Shown here piece by piece: positions 1 through 14,110 of a stretch of DNA of 64,000 nt. The stretch spans positions 2,173 through 66,172 of the forward strand of contig JAAOMT010000258.1 in assembly GCA_016748015.1 (NCBI GenBank), written 5' to 3'. Numbering within the stretch: the stretch's first letter is position 1; every line of letters starts with the position of its first letter. Source of the stretch: Geosiphon pyriformis uo1. Lineage: Eukaryota; Fungi; Glomeromycota. The notes under the pieces are model-generated. The model did not search any database, was not told the origin of the DNA, and saw only the letters and a program-made list of their open reading frames with translations. The translations under genes and the position numbers were made by a program.

Positions 1-482
1 ATATTATGTAATTTGTTTATTTAAATTATTAGTAATTTTTTTTTAATAATTTGAAATATGTGATTATTATTATATTAATTTGCTGCAACTGTTTTTTAAA
101 ATTTTATAGTTAATTAATTAAATTTTGAACATTATTTTTAAACAAAAATAAAAGTATTGTGTTTTATTGTTTAAAAATTGTTTAAATGTTTTATAATACT
201 ATTGTTTGGAAAAACATTTGTATAAATTATTATTTGAGAGATTAGGTTTTGGAATAAAAAGTTTGAATTACTTATAAAAAACTTAAGAATAAAACAATTT
301 AATAATTTTTTTATTTTTTAAAAGGTTTTAGCAATTATTACTCATTTTTTGAATTTAATAACTTTAAATTTTAAACTTAAGAGATAACTAACTAAAAATA
401 ACCGAGAAAATTATTTAATTAATGTAATTGTTTTTGTTTTTCAAATTGTTTTTTAAATAAGTTTGTTTAAAAATATGTACAA

Positions 483-2789
483 TATAAGTTAAAAAATTAA
501 TAAAAAACCAATTCCAAAAATTCTGAAACTATTGACTAGATTGAGTTAATAAAAAAACAAATTAAGCAAAATAAAAAAATTAAGTTTAATTTAATTTAAA
601 TTGTTTTTATTATAAATAATAAAATACTTTTTTGTTTTTTGCAGAAATAATATTTAAAAAGTTTTATTATTGCTAAAATAAATTAAAAATAATATTATAA
701 ATAATAAAACATCATATTTAAAAAAGTTTATTTCAATTATCATGTAAATTATTTTAATGTTTTAATTTTAAAAAAAACAAAAAACTTTTTTCTAATGTAT
801 TCTAATAAATTCAAAAAGTTTTATTTCAAATAATATATAAATGTTTGTTTAAATTAAAAGTAATTATCAAAATAATTTTCTAAAAAAATTTAATTTTTGT
901 ATTTTTTAAATTTAATAATATTATGTTAATTAAATTATAATTAATTTGTCTTTAATAAAAAACTATAATAAAGTTTTTAACTTTTTTTTCTCTTATGTTC
1001 CAAATTTTTCAAAGAGTATAATTTTAAAAAAAAAGCTTTTATTTTTTTCTTGTTATTTTTTTCAAATAATTTTTTTGTGATAAACTTGATAACTGCTTTA
1101 AACAGTATTATGTTTAAAAAAAACACTTAAGAGAGTTTTTCATAATTCTGTTAGAGATTCTTTTTCCCAAAAAAAGATGTTTGTTGGTAATATTAAGCAT
1201 TCTGGAGATAAAAAAAATATCTTTTTAGTTAAATTTGGTATTGGTAGCAGTATATATTCAAATATAGACAGAAAATCTGGTGATAATAAAAATAATAATA
1301 TTTTATTAAATGTTAATAATAGTTCTCTTTTTGGTTTGATAGCAAATATCTCTAAAACTAAGAAAATAAATACTAGTTTGGTTTATGATTCTTCTATTAG
1401 CTCAATTGATTATAGGATAAATGAAAACAAAAAACATCTCTCTTTCTTTCTTAATATTTCTTTAGACAAAAGATAAATTGATCCAAAAATTGTTAAAACT
1501 CAAGTTAAAGTATTTATTAAAAAATTTTTTGTTTTTAATATTAATTTATCTATGATGAAAGACAAATTGGTTATAACAAAAACTTAAACAATCAGAAAAT
1601 TTTTTTTAATAATTAATAGTTTTGGAGAAATTATTACTTTTTCAAAATTTGCAAAATTATTAAATTAATATTTACTTCAGAAAAAAATATAAATAAGGCT
1701 GCATTATTGGTTGAAAAAAAAGAAATCAAAGTAAATAGCAATCTTAAAAGACAAAAAATTAAGTCAGATTAGATTGTGGTAATTAAAAAAATTCTCATGA
1801 ATATGCCAAAAGAAATAATTGTTGCTGGAATAGCCAAATATAGTCAAATTATGTCAATTCATTTATAACTATTTGAATTATAACAAAAAATTATGATAAA
1901 ATTTATTGAATCAAGTTAAACTAATTTGTTGACATTAAAATAGTCATTCTTAATTAAGAAAAATTCAGTATGTATAATAAAAGCTATGAAAAATCATAAA
2001 ACTTGAAAGTCTAAAAATATATTTAAAACTGGCAACAGAATTTGCTGGCTGTAATTGGTTTTGAATCATATAAGAAACTAAAATTTGTCTTTTGCACAGA
2101 GACAATTTTTAGTAATGTAAAACTTTCTTAAACTGTAATAAATTTGGTTTAATATAAAATAAATAAATATTTTGGTCATTTTATTTTGAAATATAGTGTT
2201 TCTGGTTTCTTTATTTTTCTATCTTTAAGAATATTTAAAAGATTTGTTTTGAATAAAAATTTTTTTTAGCTGACTAAGTTGTATGTTAAAAAAAACATAC
2301 TTATCTCTTGTTTTGCTGTTTTTAGTAACAAATTATGAGCTCAAATAGTTTTAATAATTCCTGTTTCTAATAATTTATTTGTTAATTTTGGTTTTGGCTC
2401 TTTTTTTCTTCATGCTTTAGATTCTAATGGAAACTTTTCTTCTATTTTATCAAATAACTTTTCTTTGAATGCTTATTTGGTCTTTTTAAAATGCCCTTTA
2501 AAGCTTTTAGCAAATAAAATATCTAATATTGCGTAAAAATTAAGTTTTATAAAACTGGTATCTCTAATATCTGTCTTTTATACTTTCTCTTCAGCTATTT
2601 TTGTATCTTTAAGTTCAAATTTAGATTTAAATATGGTTCTAAAAGACTTGTCAATATTATTTATTCTCCCTTTTTCAGTTACAAAAAATAAGGCTTTAGA
2701 TTTTAGATCAAGTAATTTGAAGATTTTGATTATTAAAGTAAGTAGCTTAGAATCAAAAATAATAATTCTTAAAGTATTAGTTAATTTGG
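483..2789 (+). mobile_element. Eroded LINE-like element, 5' part (upstream region and ORF1 pseudogene), cut at its 3' end by an LTR; inverted duplicate of 60840-63233
   Basis: ORF 1177-1476 is nearly the same as ORF 62225-62623(-). The frame continues through stops and frameshifts (IDPKIVKTQV..., VVIKKILMNMPKEIIVAGIAKY..., a degenerate knuckle near 2150-2200). Assignment to LINE ORF1 rests on recalled similarity, not a search. Confidence 0.65.
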
Positions 2790-2816
2790 TGTTATAAGTG
2801 ATTATTTGAAATGTTG
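2790..2816 (-). mobile_element. Terminal ~27 bp of element A's 3' LTR, detached by the inversion
   Basis: The reverse complement caacatttcaaataatcacttataaca is the LTR end missing after 10395. It matches 60813-60839, including the flanking LINE junction. Confidence 0.85.
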
Positions 2817-5800
2817 AAAAAATCAAATTTTGTGTTAATTATCAACAATTGAATAGTGTCACAATTGGAGATGCCTATCTATTTCTAAGAATTGATAACA
2901 TGTTAGATGCTTTAAAAAAAGCCAAGTTTTTTTTAACTTTAGACTTAAAAAGTAGATACTAGCAAGTTAAAATGGACCCAAAAGACTGTTCCAAAACAGC
3001 ATTTACCACTTAAAGAGAAAACTATAAATTTAATATTATGCTTTTTGAACTCTACAATGTACCAGCAATATTTTAGTAATTTATGAATGTTGTATATAAA
3101 AAACTTTTATGGCAATCAGTAGTTGTCTATCTAAATAACACTAATATATACTTATTAAGTTTTAAAGCTCATTTTATTAACCTGTAAGAAGTTTTTCAAC
3201 GATTATAGAAAGCAAGATTAAAGTTGAATATTGAAAAATGCCATTTTAGAAAAACAAGTTTAATCTTTCTTGAATACATTGTTAGCAAAGATGAAGTTAA
3301 ACCAAATCCTAGAACAATTAGTGCTGTCAAAAACTTTCAAACTCTCAAGAATACCATAGAGCTATAAAAATTTGTAAAATTAGTCTTTTACTATTGGAAA
3401 TTCATAAAAAAATTCTCAGAAATTGCCAAATCACTTAATTATCTTATCAACAAAAACATGTCATATTAATGGACTAAAGAACAGCAAAAAGCCTTTAAAA
3501 CTCTCAAAACAAAATTGACAACAGCCTCAATTTTTGTTTACCCAAACTTTAACAAACAGTTTTAACTAGCCACTAATGCTTTATATATAGCATTTGGTGC
3601 TATTCTATTACAATTAAATGAAAATAGCCAAAAACAAGTCATTGCTTATACCAATAAAACACTCAAACCAATAGAACTCAAATATGGCTTAACTGAATTA
3701 GAAGCTGCTATAGTCATTTGGGCTCTCAAACATTTTCAACAATACCTGAAAAATGGAAAAAATTTGACATAATAATTGATAATATTGGTCTCAAATAGCT
3801 TAATAAAAAAAAACAGAACAAAGTGCCAAACAATCTTAATAAAATAATTTCCTAACAGACTACAAANNNNNNNNNNNNNNNNNNNNCAATTAGTGCTGTC
3901 AAAAACTTTCAAACTCTCAAGAATACCATAGAGCTATAAAAATTTGTAAAATTAGTCTTTTACTATTGGAAATTCATAAAAAAATTCTCAGAAATTGCCA
4001 AATCACTTAATTATCTTATCAACAAAAACATGTCATATTAATGGACTAAAGAACAGCAAAAAGCCTTTAAAACTCTCAAAACAAAATTGACAACAGCCTC
4101 AATTTTTGTTTACCCAAACTTTAACAAACAGTTTTAACTAGCCACTAATGCTTTATATATAGCATTTGGTGCTATTCTATTACAATTAAATGAAAATAGC
4201 CAAAAACAAGTCATTGCTTATACCAATAAAACACTCAAACCAATAGAACTCAAATATGGCTTAACTGAATTAGAAGCTGCTATAGTCATTTGGGCTCTCA
4301 AACATTTTCAACAATACCTGAAAAATGGAAAAAATTTGACATAATAATTGATAATATTGGTCTCAAATAGCTTAATAAAAAAAAACAGAACAAAGTGCCA
4401 AACAATCTTAATATAATAACTTCTTAGCAGACTATAAATATATTATATATCACAAACCAGAAAAACTACACACCAATATTAATAGCCTTTCAAGAATGAA
4501 ACAAAAATAACACCAACCACAATTTCACCACAATTTACCAACTTATTAACAAAAATAATCAAACAACAATAAATTCCAGAAATTACAACAATATTAAAAA
4601 CTATTTGGAGACTCTTATCATGCCAAAAAATTGGTCTCCAAGTAAAAAACATCGATTATAACATCAATTAAAACAATATTTCATACACCACAACAAAATT
4701 TATTATCAAAACCGTAGAAACCCAACCAATCTACTTAGATTAGTACAAAAAAACAAAAAAAAACAATTCTTTACAACATGTACACAAATTTTTCTTCAGC
4801 ACACTTGGAAAAAGATGAAACAATTTAAAGAACTCTTGAACATTATTTTCGGTTCTACATGCAAAAAGATATTTGACAATATGTAGAATTTTGTGATAAT
4901 TATCAAAAAAAAAGAGAAATCAATCCCACAGAATTTTTAAATCCAATCAAAATTGAACAACCTTTTGACAGAGTTGGAATTAATTTAGTCGAACTATTAC
5001 CTATCACAACCAAAGGAAATTGTTATATTGCAGTTGCAGCAGATTATCTTACCAAATGGCTTGAGACTAAAGCCATTCAAAAAGCAGATGCAAAATCAGT
5101 AGCAAATTTCATTTATAAAAATATTATTTATAGACATAGATGCCCAATTGAACTTTTATCTAATCAATAAACACATTTTGTGAACAACTTGATACAAAAA
5201 ATTTGTGAACAATTCAATATTAAAAAATTTCTATCATTATCTTATTATTTCCAAACAAATGAATTTGTAAAATAGTTTAACAGAATATTGTATGGATTCT
5301 TAACCCAAGTTTTAACTAATTTTGAACAAAAATAGAATATATATATTCTATCAGTGTTACTAGCATACAGAACACTAAAACAAAATACTACAAAACACAT
5401 ACTATTTGATCTTACTTATAGAAGAACAGCAATATTACCAATTAATTTTACAGTGGAAACATACTTAGTACAACCAATTAATAAAAAAAACTTTCAAGAA
5501 ACACTTCAAAGAAGAGCCTATACTCTTTTTAGTATATTGGAAGAAAAAAGACAAATAGCAGCTATTCATATTGAATACTCCCAAGTCCAACAAAAAGAAA
5601 AACATAATAACAAATTGCCACCAATTATTAATGAATTTAAAATTGGGAATAAAGTTTTCTTACACAAAACTAAGGCTGAAAAATAATGGAATGAGAAATT
5701 TAAACATAAATAAGATGGACCATTTTATATTCACAAAATTCTAAACAATAGGTCATATAAGTTAAGACTTGATAACAAAGTACTAGTAAAAGTTACATAT

Positions 5801-5952
5801 GGAGATCGATTAAAACACTATTATTTCAGAGACAATCCTAAATCATTAATTCAACAAATTGGTATACATTCCCCTTTAATTAATCCTAAAGATATTCTCC
5901 AAAATTTAGAATTAATAGTTATAATAGAACAACAACTAAACTTGAATACTTA
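2817..5952 (+). pseudogene. pol: Gypsy element B pol, 3' part: RT, RNase H, integrase (many stops; contains an assembly gap)
   Basis: KIKFCVNYQQLN, TLDLKSRY, YLNN (eroded YLDD) at ~3127, ATNA..AFGAIL RNase H motif, PFDRVGINLV and DYLTKW integrase core, GPFY C-terminal motif. Confidence 0.9.
3867..3886. other. Assembly gap (20 N) flanked by a duplicated ~550-bp overlap
   Basis: 3315-3866 is repeated essentially base for base at 3887-4438. Confidence 0.95.
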
Positions 5953-6113
5953 ATTAAACATTTTTACAATAACTTCTATAAAATACACAAAACATAAAAA
6001 TAGTAAATAATTACAAAAAACACTCAAACCCAAAAACAAATAAAAACCTATACCCAAAAATAATTTTTTTTATTCTTTTTCAAACTTTTGTTTATTAATT
6101 AGTTATTTTTATT

Positions 6114-6790
6114 ATGATTATTTTTCGAAATATTTAATAATATCCCAAAAATTAATGTTAGTCTTAAAAACACTTTCTAACTTATTCATAATAATTAATG
6201 GAAGTCAAATTAATTATATTTAGAAAAAAATCACAACACTAATAATATATTATTCACAGAATTATTATTTTTATAAAAAAACACAAGAAGTTATTCTGGA
6301 ATTAAGTTACCAGAACTGTTGAAGCAAGCACTAAAAAAAAACTTTTTATTTGCCTCTTTTGTTATTCCACCAAATGCTACAATTTAACAAAAATTTCTAC
6401 TATTTTTCAATAAACAAAACAATAAATGTACCCTTATTTATAGATATTTTCATATTGGAAAAACAATTTATAAATAAAAACTAGAACTTATAACAACAAA
6501 TCTTATTTCTGAAGCTATACAAAAACAAATTTACAATGAATTTAAGACAACAGTTAGATCAACAAACACTCACTACAAACTTAGAGCAGCATTTAAATTC
6601 TATGATTTATTTAACACTTGTGAAAATATCCTACAAAATTCAATACTTCATCCAATAAAAATTTAATATATTGGAAAACTCACAAAACTGAAATTTCAAC
6701 AATTTTTAAACCAAATCACTTTAATTATTTTGGACTACTATTTTGATATTACAAATAGTACTTAGATTTTAATGAAATTCAGTTTTGAAA
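6114..6790 (+). pseudogene. Element B ORF3 (unknown function, between integrase and PPT)
   Basis: Eroded frame containing YRYFHIGKTII...LRAAFKFYDLFNTCENILQNSILHPIKI*YIGKLTKLKFQQFLNQI, separated from integrase by ~160 bp of low-complexity spacer. Confidence 0.6.
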
Positions 6791-6799
6791 AAAAAATTA

Positions 6800-7772
6800 T
6801 GTTATTAGTAGAATTTTAGCTATTAATTAACATGAAATTACTTTTATAATCCTTATTAGTAATTAAAATATAATTATCATTTTGATTATTACTTATTATT
6901 TAGCCAAATTATCAAATATCATTATTTAATTAATAATCTAATTTGTACTATAGAAATTAAGATAATCAAATTACATAATACCCTAAACTATTTAACATAG
7001 TCAAAATTCGCCGAAATTAATAAAAATTTGGTCGAAATAATTATTGGTTTGTAGAAATAATTTGTAGTTTGCTGAAATGTATTTTTAGTTCACCAAAATT
7101 AGATCAAAAAGAAAAGTACAAGTTCCAAGACTAGTACTATAACAAATTGTATAAAAAAAAAGCTTTTCTCTTTAAGAAAAAATATTTTCTCATAGTATTT
7201 TACTATAGTAACTTACTTTAAATATCTTAATTAAAACAAATCATCTTTTATATATCTTAAATAAAAATTAAATATTTAAAAAACCAAATCTTTTGAATTA
7301 TTATACTTGAAATTCCCTTAACACAACTAACATTTTGAAATTAATTAGCTACCAATTTCAGTAATCTGTTAGTGACTTCAGGCCTGAATAGAAAATGTTT
7401 TTTTTGTTAAAATTCTATTTCTTTTATATTTCTTTTATTTTCTTTTATTTTTTTATTATAATTATTAGGATAGCTTATAGATAAGATTTCTGTAAAAGAG
7501 TTGACTTTTACAGCAAAGTAACTACACATTTCTAGTGAGCTTTTAAACAAGCAATTTCTGAGAAAGAGTTGACATTTACTACAATGTAACTACATAAAGT
7601 AATTGGCAAGAAATTGGCTATTCTACTTATAAGCCCAGCAGTTCAAATTATAAGAGATAATTTGAAAATAAGTTCAGTTATTGAAGATTCAACTGCTTTC
7701 AAAAAATATGAAATTAGCAACAAATAAACATTAACAACATTTAAAAAAAGAGACTAAAAACCTTTGGTAATA
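6800..7772 (+). mobile_element. 3' LTR of element B (family X LTR, 973 bp)
   Basis: Begins tgttattag after a purine run and ends ggtaata. Colinear with 49583-50555 and with 57293-57940(-). Confidence 0.9.
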
Positions 7773-9660
7773 ATGTACTTAAATTCAACAGCAGAACATT
7801 TTTATAAAGAAACAATCATGAAAAAGACCAGAAAAAAATATTATTGGCTATTTATGTATTTAAACATTATTTAATATGTTTAAAATTGTGATGCTTATCA
7901 GAAAAAAAAAGGAACAAAACTTAGTAAATTACTAAGATCAATCAAAGTAAGCCAACTATTTAATTAAATTAGAATTGACTTAGTCAAATTATTAACAATA
8001 ATCAGCAAAAGCAATTATTATATAGCAGTAGTCATGAACTATTTCACAAAATAGCCAAAAGCAAAAGCAATTCAAAAAATAGATGCAAAATTCATAGCCA
8101 AATTTGTCCACTAAAATTTAATTTATTGACATAAATATCCAAAAAAATTACTATCAAATCAAAAAACTCACTTTGTAAACAAAACATTAACAGAACTAAG
8201 TCAAAGATTTGGAATCAAAAAACTATTATCATTATTATACTATCCACAAACAAATGACTTAGTCAAAAGATTTAACAAAATATTGTGTAAAACAATAGCC
8301 AAGATCAGCCAAAAAAACCAGAATAAATAGAATTTGTTTATACTATTAGTATTATTTGCTTATCAAACAATAAAACAAGATACTATACAAGCAATATCAT
8401 TTGAATTTGTTTATAGTAAAACAGCAATATTACTAGTAAAAATAGTCATTAATACATATTTAACCAAATTAAAAACTAAAACCAACTTCCAAAAAATATT
8501 GCTAAAAAGAACATATGACTTAATAGAAACATTAAAAAACAAAAAATAAAGAGCAGCTAATAATATACAAAAGTCATAACCAAAACAAAAAGAATAACAT
8601 AATAACTAATTACTAAATAAACTAATCAAATTCAAGATTGGAGACAAAATATTCTTACATTATATCAAAATAAAAAACAATAGAGTGAAAAATTTGATCC
8701 CAAATGGGATGGACTATTTTACATTAAAAAAATTCTAGGAAATAAAGCTTATAAACTCAGATGAGACAACAAAATTATAGCTAAAGCAGTATATGAAGAT
8801 TGACTAAAACCATATCACAATATAGTATTATTATTTACCAGTAATATTTCACAACTGGGAATACAACAAATACTAGTACAACTAGATAAGATTTTAAAAA
8901 ATCTTAAACCAATCATAATTATCAATACAAACACATCAAATTGATATATTAAAAAGATATATAAAAAACCAATACACATAACAAAAATAAAAAAAAAAGA
9001 AAATAAAAATTACTGATAATATTTACTAATTTACATAACAATTGTTTCAACTAATCTAATACTAACAATTAAGCATAAAAATTACAATCAATCAATAAAC
9101 TATTCAGTATAAAGATAAAGAAAAAAAGCCAAAATACCAATACAGAATACACAAAAAATCAAAAAACATAGTAGATAATATATTAATAAAAGTAAAATTA
9201 TTAATAAAAATACCAAAAACAACCACATCATATAAAAAATTAACAGAAAAAAACTGAAAATAATGGACACAACAATTTCCAAGAAACTTTTATTATTACT
9301 ACTTGAAACAAAACTTTAATATTCCGAATTTGAATATTGACAACACAAAATAATTGTTTAATATAACAATATTGCACCAACTTAAACAATTTGTAAAAAA
9401 AAACAATCTATTCATATAAACATAAGCCATATATCAGTTACAAGCAAAATTTCAAGACTAATCAGAAATACTACTTTATTTAACAATGAACACAGTAACT
9501 ATTAATTAATAGAAAAAAATTATCAATTCTTAATTTGAAAAATTACAAATTAAAATTTTCCAAGTAATTTTTGAAAACAAAGTCAGGAAGTTAATCCAAG
9601 AAAGAGAGTTAGAAAATTTAGAAAATTTCAATAAAGCTCAATATCAAAAGAAAAAAATAA
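7773..9660 (+). pseudogene. Gypsy element A remnant: integrase, ORF3 and PPT
   Basis: Starts at MYLNSTAEHF (the HSNPTAGH zinc-finger region), includes ORF 8334-8549 and KFDPKWDGLFY. Colinear with 58229-60115. Confidence 0.9.
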
Positions 9661-10395
9661 TATTACTTATAGAAATTTAGGAATTCTAAAATTTCTAACT
9701 AAAAAATTAAAAAAATTTAAGAAATTTTATATAAAATTAATTATGTATATATAGTAAAAATATTAGAAACAGAAAAAACAGAGAATTTAGTTTAGAATTA
9801 ATAATCACAATCAAATAATTATTCAATATTTTTCTTTACAAAAGGTAGTTTTTTACAACTTAAAATGAATTTAATCACATATTAATAAAATATTAAATTA
9901 TTACCTGTATCTATATTATTTTTATTTGATTAAAAAATATTAATCATTTCCATTCTATTAATACTTTATGTTGATAGAATCTAATACTTAATTATATTAG
10001 ACCAATAACTCTTGTTTATAACTATTGATGGGATATTAATTTTTTATTTTTTATTTTACTTTCTTTTATTTTCTTTTATTTTTTTATTTTTTTTGTTGTT
10101 ACTAATTAATTAAAAGATTAATACATAGAGTTATTAATGTCAAAAAGTACTGGTAAAAGACCCAAAAAACAAAAATAGGAACTCGGAAATTAAGAATAGT
10201 TTACCAAAAAAAACTAGCCATTATGCTAAGAAAAAAATTCATAGAATAAGCTTTTAAAAAAGTACTGAAATAACTATTAAATCTCTGTCTATTATACAAA
10301 AAACTCAACAAAAATCTTTAGATCCTAAAAATTTTTAGATTTACCAATATTATTAAGCTATTAAGCACCAAGTTATGAGTTTGTTATTTGTTCCA
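9661..10395 (+). mobile_element. 3' LTR of element A, broken by the inversion breakpoint
   Basis: Starts tattacttatag (eroded tgttactcatag), has the TATA-like tatgtatatatag, and stops at ttgttatttgttcca. Homologous to 60116-60839. Confidence 0.88.
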
Positions 10396-13300
10396 TTTTT
10401 TTTTTGACAAAAACTATTGGTAAGGCCCATGAACTTTTTAATGATTGAATCAATTTATTATTAAGCATTCTTTGGACTTTTTTTCTAATAAATTGGTGGC
10501 TAACAGATAAAACTCAATAGACTTGTTGTTGTTTTGATAGAGCATCTCTTGTGTGGATTTGATGTTGAACAATATCAGTTTTTTCCAGATTATTGTTGTC
10601 TTTTATAAATATATCTGCGAATTCAGCTATTAGCTGTTTCAATTGTCTTTGTTATTAAAGTTTTAAGAAACTTATGTTGGTTTGAAAGAGTTTTTTTTCT
10701 AAAAGATAGTAGTTTTCAGTAGTAGAGATAATGTTTGGGTTGGGAAGTAGGGTATGTCTTACAATTTTAATGAAATTAAAGACAATTTAAGGGTTTTTAT
10801 CTTAAAAAATATTGTTATGTATGATTCTAATTTCTAATTTATTTAATAAAACAATAGGGTATTTGTTGGGATTATAAAATATAACTTGAAATTTCTTTAT
10901 TCTTTTAAGAATATAAACATTTAAGATTGAAATTTCATGCTTTAAACAGATTTGTTTATTAGATTCAAAGATTTATTGAGTAGTAGTGAGTTTTGAGCAA
11001 GTGTAAATTTCATGATGTTTTTCAAAAAGTAAAATAGTAATTGGTTGAAGAAGTTGAAAAATCTGGTAAAATTTATTTTGTGTATTAAGAACTATGTTTA
11101 CTAAAACTGTGAATCGTCCAGTTGAACCAAAACCTTGTATTTTTTTTCTACTTTTGTCTAATTGTTCTCTGTTACTAATTAATAGCAATTCTGAAATGTT
11201 AATTAAAGGTAAGTAAATTGCTTGAGCAATTTTTTCAGCATGTTTTATTCTAAATAGTTTTTCAGTTTCATTTTATAGCATAATGGTGATGTTTCCAGTG
11301 TATTTTGCATCTATAACTTCTTCTTTAACATTAATTTTTTTGCTTGCCAATGATAATCTGAAAGCAATTTGAACTATTGCTCTTGGTGAAATTTCAAAAG
11401 CAATTCTGAGATTGATTTTTGTTAAAGATTTTGGTTGGAGAACCAAAATATTTTTTCTTGAGTAACATAGATCATATTTAGCATCTATATTGTGGGCTTT
11501 TTCTGGCTTGATTTTTGAACATTGTTGTTGAAGTATTTGAGTTGTAGAACTGGTTGATTCTTAGTAAAATAGATTGGAGTTGTTGCAATTTTTTTTTCTG
11601 GCTCAGGTTTTCCAAACTCAATTTTTTTCTGGTCATTTTTGCTGGGCAAGAAGATGCTAAGAGCATAGCATTATAGACATTATTTATCATCATGAGACAT
11701 GATACATTCTTTACATAATTGAATGTTTATTTATTCTAATCATTGAATTTAAGCTTCTTGAATTGAGTAAGTATGGCTTGCAATTTGGTGATATGTTTTT
11801 ACTTCATTTTTATAGTTGAATCTAGCTAATTTTATTGTGTATTTAATATACTTAGCTTCTTTCATTTGGTAAACATCTTTCTGTGTGGCTTTATTGATTA
11901 AAGTCATTGCTAAATCAAAGATTATTTCAGCATTATGAGAGTAGTGGTAGAGTTTGTTAAGAGCACTATTGTAGACTGCATTAAAGAGTGTTCTTTTTTT
12001 AACTTTTTTCGAAATTAATAAGGCATATTGGCAGGTTTGATTACATATTCTTCTTCTCATTACAACATTAATCTAGTTGTATTCTTCTGGTAGTATGTTT
12101 TCACATGTAAAACAAGAAGTATTGTCCCATTTTTCACTTCATTTGGGGTATTCAAATCGTTTTCTATGGCATGTTTTACAAAAGTAGCAAATGCAAGTTT
12201 CATATTTCTCTTCTGGGAAAATGCATGCTCCTATTAATAAAAATTTTTTTTTGTAATCTTTGCATTTAAGTGAGATATAAGATGGTTGTTTCTGTGGTTC
12301 TAGTGTAGAGTATTGAATAATATTCTATCCTTGTTTCTTCAAAAAATTTTTGTTCTGTTTCTTTAGTCTAATTGGATGTTAATTCAAAAGCTATATATGT
12401 TTCAATTGCTGGTTTTTTTTCTTCTCTTCAAATTCAAATACTGTGGTTTTTTCTAATCATTTGTTGAAGATACTACATATAACAGATACTTGGATGTATT
12501 GTTCTTTGTATGAAATCTTTAGTTCTTGGATTTTCTAATTTAGATTAGTATTAGTCTTGAGAAGCCAATTATTTCTAACAAGAGCTTGGTATTGAGGTAC
12601 ATCTATAACTAAAATTTTAATTGAAATAGTGATTTTATCTTTAGTAAATGGAAAATTGTCAATTTCTCCTACTGGAGTTTTTTTATGCCATTAGCTATAA
12701 CAATTACAGTTTAAGTGGATCTGTTAACGTTTTTCTAAGCTGTTGCATCAATTGATAAATGATAATGCTTTTGGCAGATTTACTATTTAGAATTAAGTAG
12801 ATTTGTTTTTCTTTTACTTTAGCTTTAGTATATATAACAATGATTGCTTTTTGCTTATTAATTACTGTATTACTAAGCAAGAATGATGATTTATTGGCTT
12901 TAAATTCAAATAGAAATATATTTGAGAGGTTGGCATTTTGAGCAATTTGGCTGATAGAATAGTATTGTTAAAAGAATTTGATCTTGGTGCTACAATTTTA
13001 TCTTTAGAAAGTGCAGTTTGTTAAAAATTCGATTTTTCAGGTATTGTAAGATAACTGAGTTGAGTGTAATAATAATTGGGTTTTTACTGAACAGAATTTT
13101 GGAGAACCAATTAATTGTTGAAATTAAGTCTGTTGTTGTTTGTTGAAAAATGTTTTTGTGGTATAAATTGGTTATGTTGAACCAATCTTTAAACTGGTAT
13201 TTTATATTGTTGTACAGGTGGTTGTTGATACTGTTAGATTGGTAGAGGTTATTAATATTGTTGCTGTGGAGCAGATTAATAGTAATTGTTTTGCTGTTGA

Positions 13301-13885
13301 AATCTTAAGAAATAGTAGGCTGGTGGTGGGAACTGATAATAAGATTATTGTATTGAAGAGTAATATTAATTATTCTTGTTTTGTTGGTTTCTTTGTAGCT
13401 TTTTGCAGTTTTATTTCCAATATTCTAGAATCTCACAATAGTAACAACTTTGGTTTTGACTGTTTGATGATAATAAGTAGTTGTTTTGGTTTTGTTATTA
13501 TGGCAGTTGATATCTTTGTATTTGTTGTTATTGTTGTTGGTTGGTAAAATAGTTTTCAATCTTTTTGTAAGTTGGTCAATTTTTTTTTCAGCTGCTAAGC
13601 TGGTTTTTCTAATAGCAAGATTCACAAGTTTTGTGCAGTTAACTTCTTTTATAGCCATTTCATAATTTTTTGCATGTTGAATAGCAGTGGCCAAATTTTT
13701 AGGTGAATGTAAATGCACTTTTTTTATCAGTTTATTTTTTAATCCAGTGATTAATTAATCCAAAATTTGAGCATCAGAATAGTATTCATTGGTTTTTAAC
13801 TGGCAAATCTTTCTAAGAAGTTTGTTAAACTTTCTTAGATAGATCATAACTAATTCACTTGGTTCTTGTTTAATATTCTAGAACT
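10396..13885 (-). pseudogene. Gypsy element B gag-pol, 5' part: Gag C-terminal half, knuckle, protease, Cys-rich domain, dUTPase (~11110-11480), RT start
   Basis: ORFs 13425-13718, 11749-12060 and 10973-11188 (GFGSTG dUTPase motif 5); ILNSKSAKSII is an eroded ILDSGSAGSII; the frame ends SSWALPIVFVKKKNG. Confidence 0.88.
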
Positions 13886-14110
13886 AATCAGGAGGATTAC
13901 TGGTTATCATGCTGAGAAAAAAATTCAACAGAATTGTGATTCCAAGAGACTACTAAAAACAATTATTAAATCTCTGTTCATTATACAAAGAACTCTATAC
14001 CAAAATCTTCAAAACAGTCAAATTTTCAGATATCAACACCAGAAAACCAATTAAACACCAAATTATGGGTTTGTTATTTGCTTTGAAACCCCAAGTAATC
14101 ACTTATAACA
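13886..14110 (+). mobile_element. Truncated LTR, 3' ~225 bp, main family
   Basis: Homologous to the 3' end of the other LTRs and ends cacttataaca, followed by atgt and LINE sequence. The left boundary is approximate. Confidence 0.85.

Noticed and set aside
3315-4438. Apparent 550-bp tandem duplication in RT/RNase H
   Set aside because: The copies are identical and flank a 20-N gap in otherwise heavily mutated DNA, which indicates an unmerged contig overlap.
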